Assembly (NCBI GenBank): GCA_041661045.1
Contig: JBAZVE010000001.1
Coordinates: 1,050,001 to 1,082,000 of the forward strand
Reading direction: 5' to 3'
Origin: Candidatus Saccharimonadota bacterium
GTDB taxonomy: Bacteria; Patescibacteriota; Gracilibacteria; UBA1369; 2-02-FULL-48-14
Length of the DNA: 32,000 nt
In this document: piece by piece, positions 1 to 10,239 of the stretch
Position numbering within the stretch: the first letter of the stretch is position 1
How the letters are laid out: every line of letters begins with the position of its first letter
Program-made: the position numbers and the translations under genes
The notes under the pieces: model-generated
Told to the model about the DNA's origin: nothing
Seen by the model: only the letters and a program-made list of their open reading frames with translations
Database searches by the model: none

Positions 1-327
1 AAAAACTTCATCTTCAATCAATTTGCTTTGAGCGGCAAATTCCGCATAAGGGGCGAACCAGGCTTCCGGGCTCACATCCGTGAAGGAGGATTTTTCTGGA
101 ATTTCCAGGTCTTCGCCTAAAATTTTGAATAGAATCTTAAAAAATTCGGCGCGGGTGACTTTATCGTCGGGACGAAATTCCGCGGCCGGGTCCACGGCTC
201 CAACCAGCTCTAAATAACTGATCCCATCGTAATAGGGGTGAGTGGTGGGGACATCTTCAAAGGCGGCAAAGGAAGTTTGAACGGCGAGCAAAAGACTGAA
301 TAGAATGGCGGGTATTATTTTTTTCAT
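1..327 (-). CDS. Secreted SLH-like (S-layer homology) repeat protein, N-terminal 109 codons only (gene runs off the window start)
   Basis: Absent from the ORF track because it has no stop in the window. The reverse complement of 1..327 starts at ATG (327..325): MKKIIPAILFSLLLAVQTSFA/AFEDVPTTHPYYDGISYLELVGAV..FRPDDKVTRAEFFKILFKILG..FTDVSPEAWFAPYAEF. This is a signal peptide followed by two F-x-D-V...Y...TRAEF-type repeats typical of SLH domains. Confidence 0.6.
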   Translation of the reverse strand, partial: MKKIIPAILFSLLLAVQTSFAAFEDVPTTHPYYDGISYLELVGAVDPAAEFRPDDKVTRAEFFKILFKILGEDLEIPEKSSFTDVSPEAWFAPYAEFAAQSKLIEDEVF

Positions 328-388
328 GCGGTCAAATTAACATAGGGGCCGTGCTTGTGCCAATCCTCTTTTAAAAAAGCTGAAAATT

Positions 389-397
389 TGCTATAAT
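389..397 (+). promoter_or_regulatory. Extended -10 promoter element (TGcTATAAT) upstream of the 423 ORF
   Basis: tttGCTATAATtaa: TG at 389-390 and TATAAT at 392-397, 25 nt before the ATG at 423. No good -35 was seen. Confidence 0.35.
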
Positions 398-422
398 TAA
401 TAGATTTAAAACAGGTTTACGA

Positions 423-2651
423 ATGAAGTTTTCTTCTCTCCTCAATTCGCTGCTCACCGGACTCTTTGCCGCAGGGCTTGCCTTAGCCTCTTTTGGGGCT
501 TTCCCGAGCTCGGAATCTACGGTGATTTCCGGTGAAGATCCTTGGATTCAGCTCGAAGAGGGAAGCAGCCTTTCGCCTTGGGGCCGGGATTTGGTGAGTG
601 TTCTTGATGGGGGGATGGTGGAATGGGCTTGGGAAGATTCAGAAAAACGGTTGCAAGGAGAGCTTCAGGCCGGTGGCCTGGTCTTTTCTACCCTTGCGGA
701 TGATTTTAAGGTAGAGGTTCACACGGCTTTTGCTCGAGTGGAATCTCAAAACAGTTCGGCCCTCTTGCGCTTGGATGCCGAGGGGCAAAATCTGACGGTT
801 TATGCCTTGGAGCATGCCACCCTGGTGACTTTTGTTTCGGGTGGAGAGGATTTGAACGCGCTTTTGGTGCCGTCCGGTTCCTTTATGAAGATTCCTGCCA
901 GTAAGGTGGGGCCTTCTTTGGCACGACTTCGTCTCACCAAATTGAGCAAAGAATTTCCGGTTTTTGATATTAAAGAAGAAGAACTTATGGAGGCTGAACA
1001 AGCGGTGCTTGCACAGAGCGGAGCCTTGTATAAGGCCAGCGAGTTGGCGTTTACGGAGGATTTGCAGAAAAACAGTCACTTTGGGCCTGCGCGCGTGGGC
1101 TTGGGCTCTTTTGTGAGCCGAACATATGCCTTTTTACGGGCTTCTTTGACCTTTCTGCCCACTGCGGAAAACCGCTTGGAAGAAGTACAAAAAGAGGAAT
1201 CTTTGCAGTATGGGCTCAGCAATCTTTTGTTTGGGGAAACGGCGGTGGGCGAGGAATGGCTTTTGGAGTGGCACAATGCTCAGCCGGACACGGCAAAAGT
1301 TCAAGAGGTGTATTCCTCTTTGTTTTTTGCTCTGCCCGGGGACCCGTTGTATCCCGCCAAGGCGAGCGCGGGCACGCTTCTTTATTCTCAAGAAGATCCT
1401 TTAACGGTGCTTCGAAGGCAATTTCAGGAGATTGAATCTCTTTTGCAAGAAGGGTCTTTGGTGCAAGCGCAAACCGCGTATATAAGCTATAAAACTCAAT
1501 TTGAACAAGTTTTGGATGGAGCTCACTTGGATGATGTTTCTCGTTTGGATGAAATCACGCGAGAATACTATTTATTGGAACTTTTGCTTCGTAGTTATTC
1601 TGTTTTTTATAGCACGGATTCCATAGAGCTTTTATCGGACTTGGAGGACAAAATTCTCTTTCTTGCGGGTTCGGATACCGATTTGGATGAAGAGCGCCAA
1701 GCTTTTGTACAAAGCAAATTGCGCTATTTGGCGCATCTCTTTGAATTTGTGGTGGAAAAGAAGGTTTCCGTCTCCGATGCGGTGCCTTTGGCCAATGAAC
1801 TTTTGGCGGATGCCGAAGCTCTTTTAAGCTCCATCCATTCCGATACGGCGGTTCGGTCTTACTTTGCAGAAAAGATTGAGGATTACAAGCTCTCGGTGCA
1901 ATTCATCGATTCGCCGGAATTCTTCTCTTATGATGATTTTAATGAAGGGCTCCGTGCTTTTGAGGCCAAAGCGGAGGATCTTGAGGATTTGAACGCTTAT
2001 TTGCAGAGCCTTCGATCGGGAGAAGAAGTGCCCGCGGAGCTCGGTTTGGAGGAGGCTATTGCTTCGGTGAAAATGGATTTAACGGAGGCCGGTATTCAAT
2101 TTAAGGAGGTGGAGTCTTTGGGAGACAGCGCCAATCGCTTGTTTGCAGTTGTGGGCGCGCACACCGCGGGTTATGCCTTTGAGGCCAACTACGATCGCAT
2201 CACGGAGATTCTCTATGATACGGTGGTGGAAGGGCAGTTGCGATTTTCCACCGGGCTTACCCTTGAAAATGCCAGTGGGGTTATTGCTTTGGCGATGAAG
2301 GAATCCGAGGAAGTCCCCGTTTCTGAAGAAGAAACTCAGGCTCCGGCAGAGGAATCTTCACTCACTGAAGCGGTGGCGCTTTCCTTGGTGGAAAAAGCCT
2401 TTGACGAGGCCGGACTTAAGTTGGGCGCTTTCCATTTTGAAGTGCTGGATTTGGAAGACAACTTATTCCTTTTTGAAGGGGTTTTGACTCAGGAAAGTCT
2501 TTTGGTCTCCGGGAATTTTGATCTGGATACCGGCTTGGTTTCTGAAGTGGTTTGGGATTTTAATGGAAGTCCACAGTCGTTCCCGGATATTGCGCTGGGT
2601 CAGTTGGAAGCGGCCCTTTTCGCCACTTTTTCGGCTCTTTCAGATCAATAA
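423..2651 (+). CDS. Hypothetical secreted or membrane-anchored protein, 742 aa, no recognisable domain
   Basis: Long uninterrupted ORF with an N-terminal hydrophobic signal/anchor (MKFSSLLNSLLTGLFAAGLALASFGAF). The remainder is acidic and Leu/Glu-rich. I recognised no catalytic motif. Confidence 0.7.
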   Translation: MKFSSLLNSLLTGLFAAGLALASFGAFPSSESTVISGEDPWIQLEEGSSLSPWGRDLVSVLDGGMVEWAWEDSEKRLQGELQAGGLVFSTLADDFKVEVHTAFARVESQNSSALLRLDAEGQNLTVYALEHATLVTFVSGGEDLNALLVPSGSFMKIPASKVGPSLARLRLTKLSKEFPVFDIKEEELMEAEQAVLAQSGALYKASELAFTEDLQKNSHFGPARVGLGSFVSRTYAFLRASLTFLPTAENRLEEVQKEESLQYGLSNLLFGETAVGEEWLLEWHNAQPDTAKVQEVYSSLFFALPGDPLYPAKASAGTLLYSQEDPLTVLRRQFQEIESLLQEGSLVQAQTAYISYKTQFEQVLDGAHLDDVSRLDEITREYYLLELLLRSYSVFYSTDSIELLSDLEDKILFLAGSDTDLDEERQAFVQSKLRYLAHLFEFVVEKKVSVSDAVPLANELLADAEALLSSIHSDTAVRSYFAEKIEDYKLSVQFIDSPEFFSYDDFNEGLRAFEAKAEDLEDLNAYLQSLRSGEEVPAELGLEEAIASVKMDLTEAGIQFKEVESLGDSANRLFAVVGAHTAGYAFEANYDRITEILYDTVVEGQLRFSTGLTLENASGVIALAMKESEEVPVSEEETQAPAEESSLTEAVALSLVEKAFDEAGLKLGAFHFEVLDLEDNLFLFEGVLTQESLLVSGNFDLDTGLVSEVVWDFNGSPQSFPDIALGQLEAALFATFSALSDQ

Positions 2652-2662
2652 AATTGGTGTGA

Positions 2663-4603
<1,941 letters not shown>

Positions 4604-4750
4604 TTTTGGGCGGGGGTTTTGCACATTTGCACACCTTTTTTGCCGTGGTTTTTGAGAATTTGTCAGGAAAGTTTAAGGAAAAATTCAGAAAAAATTCAGG
4701 ATTTCATCAAGGTTGGGCTGTTATAACAGGTGTATCCTTAACTTTTACCT

Positions 4751-5578
4751 ATGGATGCATTGCATGGTTTTGAGTTCGATTCTTTAACGGAATTGAGCGT
4801 TTCCGGCGCTTCACCGAGTTCGCTGAAAAGGCGGACTCGAGCCGCTCTTCCCAGTTTCCGCGCGGCCGTGCTGGGAAATCTGCTCCTGCTTGGAGCATGC
4901 GATAAACGGTGGGCTCAGGATCCGGAGGCTGATCCGTACGCGAACATCAGTTTGGATGGGGGTAGTGAAGCGGAGGAGGAAGAGGATGAGGATGATGATG
5001 AGGAGAGCTGGGATGGAGGCTCGGATGTGGATGAGGACGACGATGATGACGAAGGGGATGGGGGTGGCTCGGCACAAGGCGATGGTGGAGAAGCCTCGGA
5101 AGATGGGGGCGAAAGCTCCGGGGATGGCGGGTCTACGGATGGGGGTTCCGAGACTGAGACGGGAACCACGGTGATGGAGGCGGATTTGTGCAATGATCTG
5201 CGAGGAGAAGTCTCTTCTACTCCTCATTCATCGGTTCAATTTGTGGATACGGCCGAGGTGGCCGCGAGCTATGATCTGGGCACGGAGACTTTTCGGGATA
5301 CTTATGAAGTGGGTGGCTCCGATGCGGAGGCCCCCGTCTACGCTTGTGTTTATAATGAAGATTCTCAGGCCGTGGATCGCACGGAGGTGTTGAGGGAAGA
5401 TGGTGCTGAAATTCTTGTTCATGCGGCTTTTTCTGATCGCCCTGATGTCATTGTCTTGGTTTTTTTCGATCAAGAATTGAATATTCTTGCTGAATCGCCC
5501 ATTCCGGATCAGTCCCAGAACTTTGTTTGGTACTATAGTTTGGATGAGGATGGCAGTCTTCTCGACCACCTCAAGTAG
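4751..5578 (+). CDS. Hypothetical acidic low-complexity protein, possible lipoprotein
   Basis: 275-aa ORF with a lipobox-like LLLGAC preceded by the basic KRRTR. A D/E/G/S-rich tract follows (EAEEEEDEDDDEESWDGGSDVDEDDDDDEGDGGG...), then an ordinary C-terminal domain. An alternative TTG start at 4793 would give a normal-length signal peptide. Confidence 0.55.
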   Translation: MDALHGFEFDSLTELSVSGASPSSLKRRTRAALPSFRAAVLGNLLLLGACDKRWAQDPEADPYANISLDGGSEAEEEEDEDDDEESWDGGSDVDEDDDDDEGDGGGSAQGDGGEASEDGGESSGDGGSTDGGSETETGTTVMEADLCNDLRGEVSSTPHSSVQFVDTAEVAASYDLGTETFRDTYEVGGSDAEAPVYACVYNEDSQAVDRTEVLREDGAEILVHAAFSDRPDVIVLVFFDQELNILAESPIPDQSQNFVWYYSLDEDGSLLDHLK

Positions 5579-5634
5579 TCTTGTTCTTTGATCTGTTTTT
5601 TGATATAATATAAAGATTTGTTCACTCACCTTTT

Positions 5635-5913
5635 ATGAAGACCGAAGCCACGATGCTTGAGATTGGAAACTTCGAAGACCTTGAGCACCTTGTTGGACTG
5701 CTCAATCAAGCGTTTGAAGGCACGAGCTATCGTTTGGAAAAGGTGCAAGATCAAAAGCAAACCTACCTTTTTATTGAAGATCCTTTAGCGGAGGACGAAT
5801 ATGAGTGTGGAATGATTCAAAAAATTGGAAAAAAGGCTTATGCCTACTCGGAAGCGGTGCATCAGATGATTTTTGGGGCGTATCAACGCTATCTGGAAAC
5901 AACGGGAAGGTAA
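5635..5913 (+). CDS. Hypothetical small protein (92 aa)
   Basis: ORF in an otherwise empty gap with no overlapping better ORF. No motif recognised. Confidence 0.4.
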   Translation: MKTEATMLEIGNFEDLEHLVGLLNQAFEGTSYRLEKVQDQKQTYLFIEDPLAEDEYECGMIQKIGKKAYAYSEAVHQMIFGAYQRYLETTGR

Positions 5914-5919
5914 TTCTTG

Positions 5920-5949
5920 TTGACTTCCTCACTCTAGTTCTCGTATACT
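5920..5949 (+). promoter_or_regulatory. Sigma70-like promoter for rpsU-prmC-prfA
   Basis: TTGACT (5920-5925), 18-nt spacer, TATACT (5944-5949), 22 nt upstream of ATG 5972. Confidence 0.45.
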
Positions 5950-5971
5950 CCCCTCGCTTTAGAATTTTTAA

Positions 5972-6193
5972 ATGGCTCATCCAACAAATTTCTGGGTTTC
6001 GGCAGATGCCAACGAGTCTTCTGAAAAGAGGGTTGCCCGCTTCAAACAGTGGTTCAATCGATCTCGAATCGGAGAACTGGTTAAGGGTCGTCGTTACAAC
6101 CAAAAGGATCTCACTCCTCGCTTGATTCGCAAAAAGGCTCTCAAACGAGAAGAGTACCGTGCGGCTCGAGAGAAGAATAAGTTCTATCAATAA
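5972..6193 (+). CDS. rpsU: Probable 30S ribosomal protein bS21
   Basis: 73-aa basic protein. ESSEKRVARFKQWFNRSRIGELVKGRRYNQK...RKKALKREEYRAAREKNKFY aligns by eye with the S21 pattern E..(E/D)..L+RFK+......+..E++.R..Y.KP...RK+...A.KR. Its stop abuts the prmC ATG. Confidence 0.5.
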   Translation: MAHPTNFWVSADANESSEKRVARFKQWFNRSRIGELVKGRRYNQKDLTPRLIRKKALKREEYRAAREKNKFYQ

Positions 6194-7003
6194 ATGACGA
6201 TCGGAAGGGTGCTTGCCCTTGCTCAAAAGGCGGGACTTCGCACAGAGATGGAGGTTTTTTTAGCCTTTTTACTCGATTGTTCTCGTTTGGATCTGATTGC
6301 ACGAAGTGAAGAAGAAATTCCGGTTGAGTCGCTCGCTCCGCTTCAAAAAGGCTGGATCGCTCTTCAGGATGGAGTGCCCGTGGCCTATTTAACACAGCAG
6401 AAAGAGTTTTATGGCCTGCCTTTTTTTGTGGATGAACGGGTTTTGATCCCGAGGCCGGAGACGGAACAGTTGGTGGATTTGGCCCTGCACTACGCCAAAA
6501 AGAGTGTTTTGGAGCTGGGTACCGGGAGTGGGGCGGTGGCCTGCAGCATCAAAAAGAACCGGCCCGAGCTTCGGGTGGTGGCCACGGACATCAGTGAGGC
6601 TGCCTTGGAGGTTGCGAACAAAAATTGTGTTCAACTTGGGGTGGAATTGGAGCTGCTTCAATCTGATCTTTTAGAAAAAGTGCCTCAGGAAGATTTTGAT
6701 GTTTTGGTGGCAAATCTCCCCTATATCGGCACGGAACTTCACGCCTTTGTGTCCGAAGAAGTGGAAAAACATGAACCTCATTTGGCTCTTTTTGGAGGCA
6801 AGGATGGCTTGGAGCTGTACAGGCGACTTTTTGAGGAGGTCTTATCTCAGGAACGGTCGTTTAAGTTTATCTTGGGTGAAGTGGGTTTCAGTCAGGGAGA
6901 AGCTATTCGAGAGCTTTGTACGGCGATGTTTCCGGAAGCCACATTCATGCTTTTGCAGGATTTGCAGGGGCTTGATCGGCATTTTGTCCTGGAAAGAATG
7001 TGA
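6194..7003 (+). CDS. prmC: Release-factor glutamine N5-methyltransferase (HemK/PrmC)
   Basis: SAM motif I VLELGTGSGAVA, a VATDIS segment, motif IV as VANLPYIG (NLPY where NPPY is usual), and the PRPETE segment. It lies directly upstream of prfA. Confidence 0.85.
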   Translation: MTIGRVLALAQKAGLRTEMEVFLAFLLDCSRLDLIARSEEEIPVESLAPLQKGWIALQDGVPVAYLTQQKEFYGLPFFVDERVLIPRPETEQLVDLALHYAKKSVLELGTGSGAVACSIKKNRPELRVVATDISEAALEVANKNCVQLGVELELLQSDLLEKVPQEDFDVLVANLPYIGTELHAFVSEEVEKHEPHLALFGGKDGLELYRRLFEEVLSQERSFKFILGEVGFSQGEAIRELCTAMFPEATFMLLQDLQGLDRHFVLERM

Positions 7004-7025
7004 TTTTTAGGTAGAATGAGCCGCG

Positions 7026-8090
7026 ATGAAAGATAAATTACAAAAACTTGAGGAAGAATACACCCAGGTGGAGCTGCGTATGGCGGATCCGGCTATTTTT
7101 TCGGATCAAGAGGCTTTTCAAAAACTTTTGGCGCGAAGGCGGGAGTTGGAAGGAGCTGTGTCTTTGTTTCGAGAACTTCAAATTCAAGAGAAAAGAATAG
7201 AGGACAGCCAGGTGCTTTTGGAGGACAAGGATGAGGAAATCCGTGAAATGGCTAAAGAAGAGCTTAAGCAAGCCAAAGAAGCGTTCGAAGAGCTCACGGA
7301 AAAACTCAAATTGGAGTTGGTGCCCAGGGATCCTAAGGATGGAAAAAACTGCATTATGGAACTGCGGGCCGGAACCGGGGGAGATGAGGCGGCTTTGTTT
7401 TGTGAAGAGATGTCACGAATGTATCTTCGCTATGTGAAAGAGAAGGGCTACCAGGTGGAGGCCATCAGCGAGAGTTTGGGAGAAAAGGGAATGAAAGAGT
7501 TTATTTTTAAGGTTATTGGTCCCGGGGCTTACGGCCGAATGAAGTATGAAAGTGGCGTGCATCGCGTGCAAAGAATCCCTGAAACCGAAGCCAAGGGGCG
7601 AGTGCATACTTCCGCTGCTTCGGTGGTGGTGCTGCCCGAAGTGGATGAAGTGGAATTGGAAATTCGAGATCAAGATTTGCGCATTGATGTGTACCGATCC
7701 GGCGGTCATGGGGGGCAAAGCGTGAACACCACCGATTCCGCCGTGCGCATCACTCACATTCCTTCGGGACTTGTGGTGGTGTGTCAGGATGAAAAATCTC
7801 AACTCAAAAACAAGATCAAGGCCATGGGCGTGCTTCGCTCTCGCTTGTATGCCCTGGAAAAGGAAAAACGAGATCGGGAGCTGGGCGAGGCTCGCGAATC
7901 TTTGGCAGCCACCGGCGAACGGGGCGACAAAATTCGCACCTACAACTTCCCCCAAGACCGCGTCACCGACCACCGCATCGGCCAAAACTTCAGCAACCTC
8001 CCCGCCATCATGGAAGGCGAAATCGACCCCATCATCGAAGCCTTGATCCTGGAAGATCAAACCAAGAGACTGGCCGCCGCTGCGGAGTGA
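7026..8090 (+). CDS. prfA: Peptide chain release factor 1
   Basis: GGQ motif ([26 protein letters not shown]), RF1-type P-x-T tripeptide ([14 protein letters not shown]) and the C-terminal [15 protein letters not shown]. Confidence 0.95.
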   Translation: MKDKLQKLEEEYTQVELRMADPAIFSDQEAFQKLLARRRELEGAVSLFRELQIQEKRIEDSQVLLEDKDEEIREMAKEELKQAKEAFEELTEKLKLELVPRDPKDGKNCIMELRAGTGGDEAALFCEEMSRMYLRYVKEKGYQVEAISESLGEKGMKEFIFKVIGPGAYGRMKYESGVHRVQRIPETEAKGRVHTSAASVVVLPEVDEVELEIRDQDLRIDVYRSGGHGGQSVNTTDSAVRITHIPSGLVVVCQDEKSQLKNKIKAMGVLRSRLYALEKEKRDRELGEARESLAATGERGDKIRTYNFPQDRVTDHRIGQNFSNLPAIMEGEIDPIIEALILEDQTKRLAAAAE

Positions 8091-8094
8091 GGGG

Positions 8095-8122
8095 TTGACT
8101 TATTAATAGACTATGCTTTAAT
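8095..8122 (+). promoter_or_regulatory. Sigma70-like promoter
   Basis: TTGACT (8095-8100), 16-nt spacer, TTTAAT (8117-8122), upstream of the ORF at 8149. Confidence 0.4.
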
Positions 8123-8148
8123 AGGCTGGCTTATTTATTTTTATTCTC

Positions 8149-8421
8149 ATGCCAGGTGAGGAAAATATTGCTGGGGAGGATAGTGGTGGTGAGCATCTCT
8201 TAGAGGAAATACTTGCACAAGCTCACAGGGAGGCGGAGCATGTGGATGCAGCTTCTCAAGCCCTTCTTGAACAGGCTATGTGCAATTTCGCTTATGAAAT
8301 GAGAGGCACTGGGTGGACGCTAGAGGATCAAATGGCTTTCTTGAGGTGTCCAAAGAATAGAGAACTTGTGTGGTATTTTAGGAAAGGTAACCGTGCGAAG
8401 ATGCCTAGTTGTCACGACTGA
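8149..8421 (+). CDS. Hypothetical small acidic protein (90 aa)
   Basis: ORF preceded by a plausible promoter. No recognisable motif. Confidence 0.4.
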   Translation: MPGEENIAGEDSGGEHLLEEILAQAHREAEHVDAASQALLEQAMCNFAYEMRGTGWTLEDQMAFLRCPKNRELVWYFRKGNRAKMPSCHD

Positions 8422-8435
8422 TCTTTTAACTTAGA

Positions 8436-9212
8436 ATGGCTGCGATGTGGATTGATACGCATTGTCATCCGTTTGCGGCCTCGCTCCGTCAGGAGGAAGG
8501 TGCGGCTTTTGAGCGGGCGCGGGCGGCCGGAGTTTCGAAATTTATTGTGGTGGGGTATGACTTGGAGGCGAATCGAGATGTGTTGAGGATTATTGGTGAG
8601 GAGCCGGATGCTTGGGGAGCGGTGGGCATTCATCCGTGTGAGGCGAATCTTTTTAGTGAGGAGGTCTTGGCCTTGATCGAAACCCAAGCAGCTCACCCTA
8701 AAATTGTGGCGATTGGGGAGATGGGGCTTGATTACTACCACAAAGAGACGACTCGTGAAGAACAAGAAATAGCATTCAGAAGGCAAATTGCTTTAGCCAA
8801 AGAGCTGGACTTGCCTTGCATTGTGCATTCTCGCGACGCGGCCGAAGACACCTTGAGCATTTTGCTTGAAGAAAAAGCCACAAAAGTTGTTTTTCATTGC
8901 TTCAGTTATGGCCCGGACTTTGCTCGCAAGGTCTGGGAGGCGGGTTATTTCACCAGTTTCAGCGGAGTGGTGTCGTACCCCAATGCCAAGGAAATTCAAG
9001 AAGCGGCGCGCATTGCTCCGGCTCACTTGATTCTTACCGAAACCGATTGTCCTTGGCTCGCCCCCCAATCCATACGAGGGCAGCGCAATGAAATGGCCTA
9101 TGTGCGGGAAGTTGGGGAGAAGTTGGCGGAGTTAAGAACTATCTCAAAAGCAGAGATGCAAGCCCTCATTTTGGAGAATAGTCTTAACCTTTTTCGGTTC
9201 AATAATTATTGA
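8436..9212 (+). CDS. TatD-family metal-dependent hydrolase/DNase
   Basis: N-terminal WIDTHCHP metal-binding motif, GEMGLDYY, PCIVHSRDA, VVFHCFSYG and LILTETDCPWLAP. The start could be ATG 8436 or ATG 8445. Confidence 0.85.
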   Translation: MAAMWIDTHCHPFAASLRQEEGAAFERARAAGVSKFIVVGYDLEANRDVLRIIGEEPDAWGAVGIHPCEANLFSEEVLALIETQAAHPKIVAIGEMGLDYYHKETTREEQEIAFRRQIALAKELDLPCIVHSRDAAEDTLSILLEEKATKVVFHCFSYGPDFARKVWEAGYFTSFSGVVSYPNAKEIQEAARIAPAHLILTETDCPWLAPQSIRGQRNEMAYVREVGEKLAELRTISKAEMQALILENSLNLFRFNNY

Positions 9213-10218
9213 AGACTCTCAACCTTGCATCGTACTGGAATAAACCACTGTTTTGGAGGTGAGCGGTTGCCCTTTTTGGATCGATTGGAGCTTGAGTGGT
9301 AACTTCCCTAGTCAAACAGTGGGCCGCCCCCCCCAAAAAACGATTTTGACTGAGATCAAGCGTGTGTCGGGTGACGCCTGTTTCTGCCTCCTGTTGAACT
9401 TGCTTGCTTGTATATTTCCCGCTCGCAAATACTTCATCCCCCCATTGTACTTGATTGGGGGTGAGCGCATCTGCATCTGCCTTGGTGATGGGGTAGAGTG
9501 GTGCTGAAAGGTCTTTGGCAAGCTTTTCCATTTTTCTTCTTGATGGAGCTGTAAAAGCATCCATCCATGCAAAGAATTTAACGCCATCTTGAGTCACAAG
9601 ATGTGTGAAGACACAGTCTAGATGTAATCCGTCGACAAGATCGAAGCATTCATGTCTGATGGTTGGATCTTTTTCTGTTAGGAACTCTGTGACGACTTGT
9701 AGACCCTCTGCATCTGAACGAGTGGAGGTGCCTGAAATGTACCAAGTTTTTCCGTCCAATTTGAAAAATCGTGTATTACCTCCTTCGTGATATCCCTTTG
9801 GCATTGTTTGAGTCGGAACTCCAAGAGCATCGAAAAATACTTTGTTGAGTTCAGGCTCGTTTCTACGAGTGGGTGCACCCATATTTAAGAGGAGCATTGT
9901 GCCGTCCGGCCTTGTAAGGGAAGGATCTCGTAAAAATTCTATATCTTGAGTTAACCCATTTTCTTTAAAGACATCCTCTTTTGGATAGGGGACCACAATC
10001 AATGGCACGCCACTTCGTGCAAGTCGGGCGATCAAAGCTTGATGTTCTTGTCTTAGTCTTGTTACATCCCCCAACCATTTTTTCTCTTGAGCTTCTTGCA
10101 TATGGCCATTCCCGGGGGCTGCCTCTGGGATTCCATTTGGCCAATAGCCCACCTCTGCAGGTGGACTCTCCATGATCATGAGGTAATCACATTTCTCTCC
10201 CTCCATCAAGCTAGTCAT
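9199..10218 (-). CDS. Guanidino-group-modifying (GME) superfamily hydrolase, agmatine/peptidyl-arginine deiminase-like
   Basis: 339 aa. C-terminal catalytic-Cys motif LGGAAHCLTREV (compare GGGNIHCITQQ of agmatine deiminases), GLHLDCVF (His), an N-terminal PAEVGYWP segment, and DIEFLRDPS (compare D.W.RD.GP). The subfamily is assigned by eye only. Confidence 0.65.
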   Translation of the reverse strand: MTSLMEGEKCDYLMIMESPPAEVGYWPNGIPEAAPGNGHMQEAQEKKWLGDVTRLRQEHQALIARLARSGVPLIVVPYPKEDVFKENGLTQDIEFLRDPSLTRPDGTMLLLNMGAPTRRNEPELNKVFFDALGVPTQTMPKGYHEGGNTRFFKLDGKTWYISGTSTRSDAEGLQVVTEFLTEKDPTIRHECFDLVDGLHLDCVFTHLVTQDGVKFFAWMDAFTAPSRRKMEKLAKDLSAPLYPITKADADALTPNQVQWGDEVFASGKYTSKQVQQEAETGVTRHTLDLSQNRFLGGAAHCLTREVTTQAPIDPKRATAHLQNSGLFQYDARLRVFNNY

Positions 10219-10239
10219 AAAAAGAATTTCTTAAGGATA

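Noticed and set aside
4604-4750. Terminator after gyrB and the direct repeats aaaattcag(a/g) in the gap
   Set aside because: The TGCACATTTGCACA region does not form a convincing stem. The short A-rich repeats are low-complexity. Only a weak TGtTATAAC extended -10-like element (4719-4727) was seen.
4915-5193. Ser/Pro-rich 92-aa minus-strand ORF, plus 4811..5227 and 4890..5174
   Set aside because: These are mirror-image low-complexity translations of the GAn/GGn-rich acidic tract of the plus-strand ORF. They are compositional artefacts.
7413-8060. 215-aa ORF antisense to prfA
   Set aside because: It is a shadow of the high-GC prfA frame with no motif. prfA is unambiguous on the plus strand.
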